Assembly (NCBI GenBank): GCA_030324005.1
Contig: JARDVH010000084.1
Location: forward strand, 93,620,663 to 93,684,662
Origin: Negaprion brevirostris
Taxonomy: Eukaryota
DNA: 64,000 nucleotides
Direction: 5' to 3'
Positions 12,706 to 24,535 of this stretch are shown one piece after another (within the stretch, counting starts at the first letter, position 1; every line of letters starts with the position of its first letter). The notes under the pieces were generated by a model. That model did not search any database. It had not been told where the DNA came from and saw only the letters and a program-made list of their open reading frames with translations. A program made the position numbers and the translations under genes.

Positions 12706-15187
12706 CCATTACATTAAGTGTCTCTTTTCAATTGCCAAGTTTGCGGTAACCAACGTTTTAATGTGCAAGAATGCACAACCGAAAAAAAAACACTCATATC
12801 TGTTGATGAATATCAATTCTTGTTATTTCAACTGAATGAAAGCAACCTGGTGTCTGAACTGAAAAGTATATTTTGCAGAAATAAAGATTCTAACGAACTT
12901 GTTAAGAGAAACAGGTGATTGAAAAAAAGAATCACTTCCGCCGTCTATTTGACAATATAGTAGCGTGTTTACCATTACGTTCATTATGCGCTGCCATTTT
13001 CAATTGATGCGTCCCTTTAAATACCAAACAATCATACTAACTGCCGTTTACATCACGGTGAAGCAAAGGACACTTCATGAGAAATGCAATATGGGGAATA
13101 TTTATTTGAAACTGAGAATAATAAACAAAGTTAACTTGCATTTTGTCGTTGTAATGGTGCATCACATCTATCAGCAGCAAATATCATAACAGGGGAGGAA
13201 ACATCGCGAAGATTGTATTGTTAAGATTCGAAGCAATAGTTGTACTTTTACAACTTCTGATTGCTAAGGATACTAGCATTAATGCATATAATGACACATT
13301 AAAACATTAAATATTATTTGGATTGTTTATATTACCATATATAACATCATTAATAAGATATGTGTAAACGAAATACATTCGATTTCAAAAGAGTGCCACA
13401 GGTCCCCTTAAAGATTTTTACTGTAAATCAACAGCTAACGGGCAACAACTTTACACAATTTGAAACTGATGTCCTGTGACATGTTCAGACAGTCTGTGTT
13501 CTTTATCAAGGAAAGAAAAACGTATTTACAAGGAAAAGCATCAGCTTGGCACCACATTTTAAATTGGCTTACTCGCTGTCTTTGTGTGTCCCTGAACAAA
13601 AGGATTAACTGCAAGTTTTGAATAAACGTCCTGATTACCTCTGAAGATACGCAAATTAACAGCTCTGGCTGCAGACAATACCACCAACGAAGGTTATGAA
13701 AAGTATGCATCACTTTCACAACTCAGGCTTCTCTACTGCAATCTGCTTATTTCTTACGGCAAAGCCCTGCAAACTGTATTTTTTTCTCTTTATAAATATT
13801 TATAGCTGGGACATTTATAAATCCCGTCGATCTGATGCTGAATTTAGAGCCTTTCTTATATCTGGTATGAAAGCATGGGAGTCATACGAGAACAATTTCT
13901 GGCTAGTAGAACAAAACAAATTGTTTTGCTTTAAGACAATGTCCGCCTGCCCTTTTGCCACACACCATGAATAAGGACAAACAAGTATAATTAGCACTTC
14001 GAGCTCGCATGGCAGCTCTTCAAAATCTTGTTTTTTTTTTCCTTTGTCTCCGCAGATCCTGCCGGTGCTTTTGAGTTTTTCTTTCAGGAAGTTTTTCTTT
14101 GTTTCAGAAATTCGCGATGTTTCACTCCTATTCTGTCAATTTGCCAACTCGCCGCAAATGCACGGAGAAGGATTTATTCCAAGATTATAGAAACTGTCCA
14201 CTTCTAAATGATTATATGGAAATTCTGTAGCATCGCGTACACAATTCTATCCATGCCCTTGTTCTACTCAACTTGCAAACGAATATTCCTGGTAAAGTGC
14301 AACAGTGTACAGCCAGTGATGCTGCGAAGCTTTACCTAATTGCACGATGATCATGGCACCGGACCCACTTACATCATAATCATAATAATAATAATAATAA
14401 TATTTCCTGTTGCTTCTTTTCTGAGATGTATTTATTCTTAAGCTATCACTGCTGTACATGACGGGTGCGCTGCTGCTGTTTTGAACGTTACTGCAATTCG
14501 ATATTTTTGTATTTCGTGAAATGTTTAGGTACTTATTTGAAAGCTTACTCTTTATTAAAGTTAGACAGTGCGACAAATTCACTAGAAAGCTGGCCCCATA
14601 TTTACAGGAGCACTGTTTGAATGTCAGCGTGAGTAATTATGATATTTACACTCTTCGTAACACCCACTATCGTATTTTCAGAGCTGAAGTTGGCTGACAG
14701 AGAGAGAGGTAAATTAATTATATCTACTTAAATAATAATTGGGGGTTACCTTTATGTCCATATATTTTCACTATTTACTGAGAAAAAATGTATTCAATTA
14801 TAAAATTATTTTTGCGTTGTTATATTTTAGTTTTGAATGAGAAGTTCAATTCAAACGGTGAGTAGGGCAAACTAATGAATAATACGACACTTAGTTGAGA
14901 AAGTAAGTTTTTACTTTCGAAAACTGTTATCGGAGCAGGAAACCGTTAGGCAGGAGCGGCAACTTTTGACGCGGTTCTCTGTAATTGCCACCGGGGGCCA
15001 GTTAGAGAATGCACACTCGAACTGCAGAGCTCTCCTCCATCATCCATTTAAATCAAATCACAAACACTGTATGGAGTGCGCAAGAATTGAAGAATTGACA
15101 ATAACAATCATTCTATTTATCTATATTCATTATGGTTACAAAGCGTCGCAAGACCTTTCAGACACTAATTTACCGAACAGTATAATA

Positions 15188-16210
15188 AGAACATAAGAAC
15201 ATAAGAAATAGCAGCAGGAGTAGGCCATCCAGCCCTCCGAGCCTGCCCCGCCATTCAATAAGATCATGGCTGATCTGTCGTGGCTCAGTNNNNNNNNNNN
15301 NNNNNNNNNNNNNNNNNNNNNNNNNNNNNNNNNNNNNNNNNNNNNNNNNNNNNNNNNNNNNNNNNNNNNNNNNNNNNNNNNNNNNNNNNNNNNNNNNNNN
15401 NNNNNNNNNNNNNNNNNNNNNNNNNNNNNNNNNNNNNNNNNNNNNNNNNNNNNNNNNNNNNNNNNNNNNNNNNNNNNNNNNNNNNNNNNNNNNNNNNNNN
15501 NNNNNNNNNNNNNNNNNNNNNNNNNNNNNNNNNNNNNNNNNNNNNNNNNNNNNNNNNNNNNNNNNNNNNNNNNNNNNNNNNNNNNNNNNNNNNNNNNNNN
15601 NNNNNNNNNNNNNNNNNNNNNNNNNNNNNNNCACCAACCTTCATATTGTCTGCAAACTTATTAATCAATCCAGTTACATTTTCTTCCCCATCATTTATAT
15701 ATATTACAAACAGCAAATGTCCCAGCACTGAACCCTGAGGAACACCACTTGTCACAGTCCTCCATTCAGAAATGCACCCTTCCACTGCTACCCTCTGAGC
15801 CAGTTTTATATCCACCTTGCCAGCTCACCACCTGATCCCATGCGACTTCACCTTCTGCACCAGTCTGCCATGAGGGACCCTGTCAAAGGCCGTACTGAAG
15901 TCCATGTAGACAACATCTACTGCCGTATCGTCATCAGTCAGCTTTATCACTTGATCGAGTTCACGAGACACGACTCCCCTTCACAAAACCACGTTGCCTC
16001 TCACTAATACATCCACTTATTTCCAAGTGGCAATAAATCCTGGCTCAACGAATCCTCTCCAATAATTTCTCTTCCACTGATGTAAGGCTCACGGGCCTAT
16101 AATTACTTGGATTATTCTTGTTACCCTTCTTAAACAAATAACAACATTGGCTTTTCTCCAATCCTCTGGGACCTCCCCTGTAGCCAGTGAGGATACAAAG
16201 ATCTCTCTCG
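15188..16210 (-). mobile_element. CR1 LINE fragments across a gap
   Basis: (agaacata)n tail at 15188; [12 protein letters not shown] and NKFADNMKV motifs. Confidence 0.9.
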
Positions 16211-16639
16211 CAGGAAAGCACCTAACTATTGTTTGTAAATGTTTTCCATTATTTGCATTGAATTGTTTTCTGGAATGATGCTTCAGGGGGTGAAGAGTGA
16301 GAGGGAAATGTTTGAGTCCTTCAAAATTGTATTAGCATAGTGAATGCAAACAACAATGCAATTTGGAAGCCCTGGGAATGTGTTCTGCACAGGTAGCTGC
16401 TGCTGGCTCAATCCATAAAGTTCCCCATTTTCAGAAAGCTGCATGGTCAGGTGCTCTTTGCATTGACCAGAATCAGCTGAACAGCTGCTATCTCGAAGGC
16501 CCATAGTTAGATGGCTTGGTTCCCATTGCCATGAAAGTACATTGTATAACTTCGTATATCATTCAGGAAAGAACAGGTGTTCATCTGAAGATAGAGCACT
16601 AGCATTTCTTAAAGGGCCGGAAACAGAACTTGCTTTCTT

Positions 16640-17450
16640 TCATGCTCGTTCATGGAATATGGGCGTCACTTGCTACGCCAGCATTTGTTGTCCATTCCCA
16701 AATAACAGTTGAAAAGGTGGTAATGAGCTGCTTTCTGGAACTGCTGCAATCCATATATTTATGAACACACAAGATGCTATTACAGTAAGAAGTCTCACAA
16801 AATCAGGTTAAAGTCCAACAGGTTTATTTGATAGAACCAGCTTTTGGAGCTCTGCTCCTTCACCTGGTGAGTCAGACTCACCAGATGAAGGAGCAGCACT
16901 CTGAAAGCTTGTGCTGCAAGATCAACCTGTTGGACTTAAACCTGTTGCTGTGAGACTTCTTACTGTGCCCACCCCAGTCCAATGCCATCATCTCCACATC
17001 AAGGTGTTGTTAGGGAGTTCCAGGATTTAGCAATAGCATTTAGTTCCAGGTCAGGATAGTGTGACTCGGAGGGGAAATTACAGATGGTTGTGTTCCCCAT
17101 GCTGCCGTAGTCCTCCTTGGTGGTAGAAGCCAAGAGTTTGGATCTACTGTCAAAATAGCCTCGGTTCCTTGACAAAGTGCATTTTTGTACACACAGTTGC
17201 CACTTTGATTGGAGTGACTGTTTATTGTGGTGTATGGGGTACCAAACAAATGGGTTGCTTTCTCATGTATGATTTCAAGCCTGCTGAGTATTGTTGGAGC
17301 TGCACTGATCCAGGCAAGTGAAGATTATTCCACCACACTCCTCAATTGTGTCGAATTCTGAGCTGCTCACTGCTCTTACAAGCATCTGTCTGGTCAAGTT
17401 CAATTTATGGTCAGTGTTAATCTGCAGAATGTTGATAATGCACTGCAGGT
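16640..17450 (-). mobile_element. LINE 3' fragment (same family as 37575-38480) hosting a Penelope palindrome
   Basis: Reverse-complement similarity to 37575-38480, including a 3' tail like that of the Deu-type SINE. Confidence 0.6.
16783..17000. mobile_element. Penelope-like pseudo-LTR palindrome with degenerate hammerhead cores
   Basis: ~190-bp imperfect inverted repeat from cagtaagaagtctcaca to tgtgagacttcttactg, centred near 16874. Confidence 0.75.
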
Positions 17451-19359
17451 ATTCTATGAATGTTGTAAAAGCAAATCCTTTGGATACTGGAAATCTTAAA
17501 CAAAAACAGAAAATGCTGAAAAATGTCAGCATCTCTGTAGGCAGAAATAGTTAATGTTTCCACTCTATCTGACCATTCTTCACAGTCCTAAAATATNNNN
17601 NNNNNNTAAGCATAGCAAGGGAGGATGGAAAAAATAGTTTAGAAGACCACCTCAAAGTGAAACATCTGCACCTGTGCTCTCAAATTATACAGTATGATTT
17701 TATAAATGTAGACATTTTGACTACTAAAGAACCATAATAACATCAGAATTGCAAAGTTAGAAACCAGTCTTTTTTTCAAACAGCGCCTTACATATTTGGC
17801 TGCATAGCTAGAGGCTTCAGTCTACAGATTATGGTAGTTTCTCATTGATTGGTAAACCAAAAGATTGCAATTTTCTATTATTTCTTCCTACTCTGCAGTA
17901 AAACATTTCATTAACAGCTTGTCAGAGACGTTGAGCCTCAGCTCATAGGAGCTGTTCCAATGACAGACCATTGCCACTTCTTATTGTTTATTCAGAGAAA
18001 TTGGGTTTCAATTTTGTCTGAGTTTAGTATTTGAATTAAAGTGATAAATGATTGCTGTAAGGAGAGGCAATTTAACTTTCTTTTTGGATAACAGATATCA
18101 GGTGTATGTACAAATGTGAAATGATTATTTTGGAAGTGTTGCTGGTTCATAAACTGTTACTCAGGGAACATCTATAACATACTTGAGATTCATTTTCATG
18201 GTTTGCCATCTTAATCACTCACAGTCAGCACTACCTGCATCACCGGTCACATGGTAGAAAAGTTCAGTTCTCGCATTACATCTATAAATGGTATTACAGT
18301 TTTTAAAATGTTTAGAAATGTGGTTGAAGTCTGATTGAGTGCTATTTCAGGCTGGTACCAAGTTAGCCATTTTCTGAGTATTATTTCCTGTATTAGGATG
18401 AATAGAAAGAGTAAAAAAACCACACTTAATAGTATGTATCTTTTTCAGCATTTTCTGATGTGAAGTCACTGAGAATGACAAACACTTGAAACACTCTAGA
18501 TAGTCAGGCAATGAAGGATAGCGTTGGAATCTAGTCTTCACATATTCATCAGCTTTTATTTACAGAGACACACATTACAAACCACCCATTGAATGAGTAA
18601 TGTTCGCATATCCACAATTTCTTCTCCCTCTCAATTCTTTCCCTGGGGAAACGGCAGCCACGTCAGTGCAGAGGTTGGAATGGTTTCAGCTGAACTAGGG
18701 CCTGAATGCAGGGATTGATCTAGAAGTGTCCAAATCACTGAGTTCAGAGCAGCAATAATGGCTCTAATTAATATTAAATTATGTTTTACTCAGAAGTTTC
18801 TTCCCCTTTTATATTCAGTTACTGCACCACAGTTTGCTGCAGAGTAACTACTGAAACCAGACTTGTCCAATATATAGCCACTGAGCCAGATGCAGCTAGT
18901 GAAGCCCCTTGATGCAGTTTCCGGAGCCAGTTTTCAAAATTCCTGTCAAAGACGTGAGTTTCGATAGAAAATTCTGCTCCTCCAATCCCAGACTGATTCT
19001 CTTCTATGTTTGCTGCTGATAGAATCACTAATCAGCCTATTAGCAATGATTGAGGAGAGAAGCCGTCTTTGATTGGAGGAGCAGCGAATATCGGCATCAG
19101 TGAGTATGCTGAGGTCTGTGATGCTGAGGGAAGCAAAGATATGGAGGGGCTGGAGCTTGGGCAGCAAGGAAATGGTGGGGCTGGAGCCAAGAGAACCAAA
19201 CAACAACTGGCTGGATCACAGGGGGCTAGGTACTTTGAGCACAGGGAGATTGTAGTTTTGGTGGCGCCGAGTGGGCAAGGTGCATTGGCCTCAGAAAGAT
19301 GGGGTTTTGGTGGACCTGGGGAGGAGATAGTGCCACTGTGTGTGTCTAGGAGTGAGAAA

Positions 19360-19680
19360 CTGACTGTGTGTGGGAGGACAAGATTGACTTGCATGCGTGC
19401 GAATGAGACAGGTTCTGTTTGCGGGAGTGAGAACGAATGACTGTGTGTGTGTTTTAAGGGGAGTGCAAGAGAGTGACCGAGTGAGTGGGGTAAATGCAAG
19501 AGACTGAGTGGGGGTGGGGTTGAGTGCAGGAGAGTGAGCAGTTGTGCGGGGTGAGTTTGAACGACTGAGCAAGTGTGCGGAAGTGAGTGCGAAAGACTGA
19601 GTGAGTGAGCGGGGACGCATGTGAGAGACTGAGTGGGAATGAATGATGAGTGGGGGTGAATGTGAGAGACTGTCTGGACC
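19360..19680. repeat. Degenerate GA/GT-rich simple repeat
   Basis: Repeated gagtgag, gactgagtg and gtgtgtg units. Confidence 0.75.
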
Positions 19681-20174
19681 CAGCCTCAGGTTTCTCACTT
19701 CTACCACCACATACTAATGCATACCCATTGTCTCACTCACACTGCCCACTGATATGCAGTGACCTTTTCACATTCTGGTTATTTTATTACTTGCTGTTTT
19801 GTATCCCAACAATTTATTGCTATGATATTGCTGTACCTTTGCTGAGCAAGTATTTATTTCCTTACAACCTCAACTTACTTTTGAAATTCAGTTTATTATT
19901 ATGTTATACTTTATCTTTCTGAAATCTGCTCATCAGCCCTTTACGTATGAAAAGTATGCAAATGTGGCACCCTGACAAAAGTGCTGCATTTACGTGGCTG
20001 GAACCTATTCAATTGAGTCCGATTCAAAAGCACGTTCCCCATTCATGACTTGGCCACTTGTGTGATTTTGAGGAACGTTATCCCTGCAAACGGCGAAACT
20101 TCACTTAAATATAATTAGACATCTACCTAATATACAGTGCCTCGCTAATAAACATCTATTACTTCACTTCAGAT

Positions 20175-20402
20175 ATTTGCACATTCTTCCCGATGTGGAA
20201 TTTGCACATTCTCCTGAGTCTGCGTGGGTTTCCTCCAGGTGCTCCGGTTTCCTCCAGATTCAATAGAAGAGCTGGTTAATGTCAGGGGCCTAGCTAGGGT
20301 AAATGCATGGGATTATGGGGATAGGGCCGGGATGAGAGAGTATTGTAGTCAGTGCTGACTCGATGGGCCAAATGGCCACCTCCTGCACTGTAGGATTCTA
20401 TG
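20175..20402 (+). repeat. V-SINE/HE1-like SINE, 5'-truncated
   Basis: tgtggaatttgcacattctcc...tctgcgtgggtttcctccaggtgctccggtttcctcc core; ctgtaggattctatg tail. Confidence 0.85.
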
Positions 20403-22548
20403 TAAACTGCCACTTGCAAAATCTGAAACCCATTGGTCTCACATATCATGTCCAAAGAATAAGGCATCTTTGAGCACTCATGCTGGAATTCTCCTTATTT
20501 CCATTTCATCAGGTTTCCATGTGGAAATATATACACCATCAGGGCTCAACACTACCTTTAAAAATATTTTAAACTAAAATAAATTTTGTATGTTTGTTTC
20601 AGAGATATGAGGATATAGCTGCCATTTAAATCATGGAAGGTGCATTCTTATCATGAATATTTCTTTGCTTCTGTCATGGATGAAGGCACAGGGTTTCAGT
20701 TTTTATGAAAAAAAACCCATGTTCTGAAATTACATTTCAAGACAGTATGAGCCAACTCCACAGTTACATTCCATCCGCTGTCTTTCATGATCCTGAAAGT
20801 CTGTTTCAGAACAGAGTTTTGTTTCACTGTTACACAGAATTATTACCTTTATAAATTATCTCAGTGTTCTGTGGTTATCCATTGCTGCACGTGATCAAGA
20901 TCATTGAACCAAAGAAAATTGGTACCTCAATGAATCCTTTGTTGAAATCTGTTGGGACCTTAGAGCTTTTGCAGAGTACCCTGGGGTATAACCAGCCAGA
21001 GACTGCAGGGTCAGTTCCAGCTCAGGCGTGACCAATGATCTATAAAAGTTTGCTTATAATTTGATTGTAGAAGTGTATACTCACACATTAGTTTACCTTC
21101 CTGGGTAGATGTAATCAAATCCCATGGCACTATTTCAAAAGAGAGCAGGCTTTATGTTTACCCCTCAAACAACTTAACATTTATCATTAAAGTAGCTGAC
21201 TGTTGCTGCATGCAGCTTGGCTGTGGCATTCCCTACTGTATAATAGTACTCTTCCCTATTACTTTGTTGGCTGTTAAACCAGAGCCATTGGCTACACTGG
21301 CTTAATTCAGTGTGAGATGTTACTCATCTCTACACATCATGTTCAGTCTTCTTCTAACAGTGATTAATTAATTTCAGCCTAATAGAGATAGGAGTTTTGT
21401 AATTATGTTGGGTTCTTCCAAATTGGGGAGGGAAATGCCAGTAAATAACCCTTTTGGTGATTAGTGTGCACTGATAAAAGTGTATCTGTGTGAAAGCTAA
21501 TGTTTAATGAAATATTAAAACTTCCTTCTCCCTCCATGGGGAATTCAGGAGAAATGGGGTAAAATATATAAGAACAAAACTGAGGGCTACTTCGAAAAGA
21601 CATGACTGACCTAAAAGCACACCCACTTTGGGCATTAATACTCTGAAATTGAGGCAATACTAATTCAAAAAGTTGGGACTCACTTTTGGCCAACAATTTG
21701 GGATGTGATGAGGTGGGAATAAAATTAAAACTAGTTTAAGGCACCATAATCCAGTTTTTCATATTTTCTGCAACAACTTTAACATATGCTTAGTGGCACA
21801 CCACAATTTTGCAACAGAATAAGTCTTTTTTGTTGAACATGCAGCTGCTTCTGTCAATTTTCAAATGAAACAGTAGCTGACAATGGGAATACATTCAAAC
21901 TGCAAAGAGCAAGAATGTCCCTTTACATGGGCTAACTACAGGTTAGATAAACATGTAATGCATCAGCTAGTTATGAAACAGAGTACTCCAGACTTTCCCC
22001 AGCCCGCAATCTGCCTTCTCCTCTCTCTCATTCTGATCAACAGGATGTGCAAATACTAAATGTGTTTCCATTTTCCTCTACTTGAACAATTTGGAAATAA
22101 ATACAGGAAAGGAAGGAAATGCGCAGCAGTTTTCTGCTTGCACACAGCACTTAATACCAGTTGTTTAATGAATTCTGGCTCCAGGCTGTTAAACCCATCA
22201 CATGCTTATTTGCTTGGTCAACCAGTATATCCATGAAGTGTCTTGCAATTACAATAAATTAACATATAATTATGGGAAGGGTGCTGTGCCTTTACCTATG
22301 TTTTCTCACTTTCATGGCCTCTTTGCTTTACTCCTCACTTTTTTCTAGCCTGATGGCCTTGCTGTGTATTTCCAGCATTTTCTGTATGTATTTCCCTCAT
22401 TGCATTCAGTCCCTTTAGAACCTCCTTTCTCTCACAAGCAAGCCAATTCAAGTCAGCTGTAAAAACTGGAGCATGGGAAGCAAGCGACCACTGTATCGTT
22501 GGGCAGTTCGAGCCCACTGTTTATCTTTCTTGTGACCGTGGGTAACCA

Positions 22549-22695
22549 TCAGACATTGGCACTTGCTTCTTGTCCTTTCTGCACTGGCATCATGGGCGTT
22601 GACACATCAGGATTGAATTTTATCTCATCATATATTGTGGTGAGTTGAACTCGACTTTGCTGTCTTTCACTGGCATCCAATTGACATAAATGTCC
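22549..22695 (-). CDS. CD2/SLAM-family receptor, terminal cytoplasmic exon with ITSM
   Basis: Acceptor gtctcag|GGA (phase 0; most of the upstream intron is in a gap). Translation GHLCQLDASERQQSRVQLTTIYDEIKFNPDVSTPMMPVQKGQEASANV*. TIYDEI at 22638-22621 fits the ITSM consensus TxYxxI/V. Confidence 0.82.
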   Translation of the reverse strand, partial: GHLCQLDASERQQSRVQLTTIYDEIKFNPDVSTPMMPVQKGQEASANV

Positions 22696-22945
22696 CTGAG
22701 ACTTGAANNNNNNNNNNNNNNNNNNNNNNNNNNNNNNNNNNNNNNNNNNNNNNNNNNNNNNNNNNNNNNNNNNNNNNNNNNNNNNNNNNNNNNNNNNNNN
22801 NNNNNNNNNNNNNNNNNNNNNNNNNNNNNNNNNNNNNNNNNNNNNNNNNNNNNNNNNNNNNNNNNNNNNNNNNNNNNNTTCTGTGATAATGCAGGGGAAT
22901 TTTGTACTGTGGCAAAACAGAGGAAGCTCTGTGGTGTGGGGTGAC

Positions 22946-23258
22946 TAGAACAAAGAAAATTACAGCACAGGAACATGCCCTTCAGCCCTTCAAGCCTGCA
23001 CTGACCATGCTGCCTGACTTAAGTAAAACTCCCTACCCTTCCGGGGACCATATCCCTCTATTCCCACCCTATTCATGCACTTGTCAAGACGCCCCTTAAA
23101 AATCACTACCGCATCTGCTTCCACTACTTCCTCCAGCAACGAGTTCCAGGCACCTAAAATCTGCCTCATGAATCTTCTTTAAACCTTACCTCTCGCACCT
23201 TAAACCTATGCCCCCTATAATTGACTCTTCCACCTTGAGAAAAAGAGTCTGACTATCC
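22946..23258 (-). mobile_element. CR1 3' end (same subfamily as 4903)
   Basis: Closely matches 4905-5240 (agaacaaagaaaattacagcacaggaa...). Confidence 0.9.
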
Positions 23259-24294
23259 TGGGTGAAAGGGAGTTTTGTTTTGCAGGGTGTGCAGACATAA
23301 CACTGTATGCACACCTACATACAGGGACTATCCAGGGTGAAAAATTGAGAGGGAGTTTTGGTTTGCAGGGTGTGCAGACATAACGCTGTACAACAAAGTA
23401 TTAATAAAGACAGCTTTGAAATGTCAGGTAAAATGTGGGTTTTGATTTTTCATCAACATGACATTTAATTTTAGGTTGGAAATATACTAACAGATTAAAG
23501 ATAGAATGCACTAAAAACAGGAAATAACTATGAGGTCACTCAGATGTGTTTTAATCATGAAGTGGTTTTATAATTTCTGATTAATGATTGCTCTCACTAT
23601 CCCGTCCGTTCTCTGGTCATATTTAAATCAGACCCAAGATATTTACTGTGAGATTACATGGTGCTAACTTGCTGCTGATTCTGCTGCTAAGGGTAGACCA
23701 TAATATGCTACTGAGCACATGCCTACCCTGAAGCTGAAGGGACCAATTTTCAAGTGTGCTTTTGAATTCTTTCTAGTTTGCTTTCAAACGTATCTTCCTT
23801 CTCTTGTTAGTGGTTTCTCGCTCAAGTTATAACCACAGAACTAAAAACAGAAGCATTCAGAGAGCAAGATCGAGAAAGGCAGACAGACAGAGATGACTAG
23901 GAAAGCCACAGGCAAGAGCTAACAGAAGTAGATGAAAAAATGAAGGTAAAAAAATCATGAGGATAGTAACAGAATACAGATGAGAGACAGAAATACAGAA
24001 AAAAGAAATGAGAATAACAAACACAAGATGATTAAAGCAGAGAAAAATACAGAGGACAAAGAGGAAAAGCAACACAAAAGGGGGTGTAACAGATATCAGG
24101 AGAATAATAGAAAAGACAAAGGGAATTTTAGCCTAATGCCCCAGGGGAAATCCTCCAGAATCAGATAAAACATTTTTTTGCACCCTGCTCCATAACTGCA
24201 CTGACTTCAACTATCTGCCAGCATTCTCTCAGATCCAGTGTGTTTCTCTACAGGCAAGTTAGGACAAGCCTGTAGAGAAAGAAATAGGAGATTA

Positions 24295-24535
24295 GAAATA
24301 GGAGAGGAGAGGTCACCCTGTTGGGAGTCTTTTATAGACCTCCAAAAAGTTCTAGAGAGATTGNNNNNNNNNNNNNNNNNNNNNNNNNNNNNNNNNNNNN
24401 NNNNNNNNNNNNNNNNNNNNNNNNNNNNNNNNNNNNNNNNNNNNNNNNNNNNNNNNNNNNNNNAAAGCTGGTCGGCGCAACATCGTGGGCCGAAGGGCCT
24501 GTTCTGCGCTGTAATGTTCTATGTTCTATGTTCTA
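24295..24535 (+). mobile_element. CR1 fragments flanking a gap
   Basis: Endonuclease motif GVFYRPP before the gap; (atgttct)n tail after it. Confidence 0.75.

Noticed and set aside
14268-14582. ORF with a poly-Tyr run
   Set aside because: The run is an (aat)n microsatellite; no recognisable protein.
14985-15002. CTCF-like motif gccaccgggggccag
   Set aside because: Mismatches at core positions; not supportable without ChIP data.
18819-19710. Overlapping ORFs on both strands
   Set aside because: Low-complexity GA/GT repeat plus a possible transposon remnant; no domain I can support.
21975-22000. Plus-strand TEYSRL ITSM-like hexapeptide
   Set aside because: Opposite strand to the receptor, with no supporting exon chain; probably chance in the 3' UTR.
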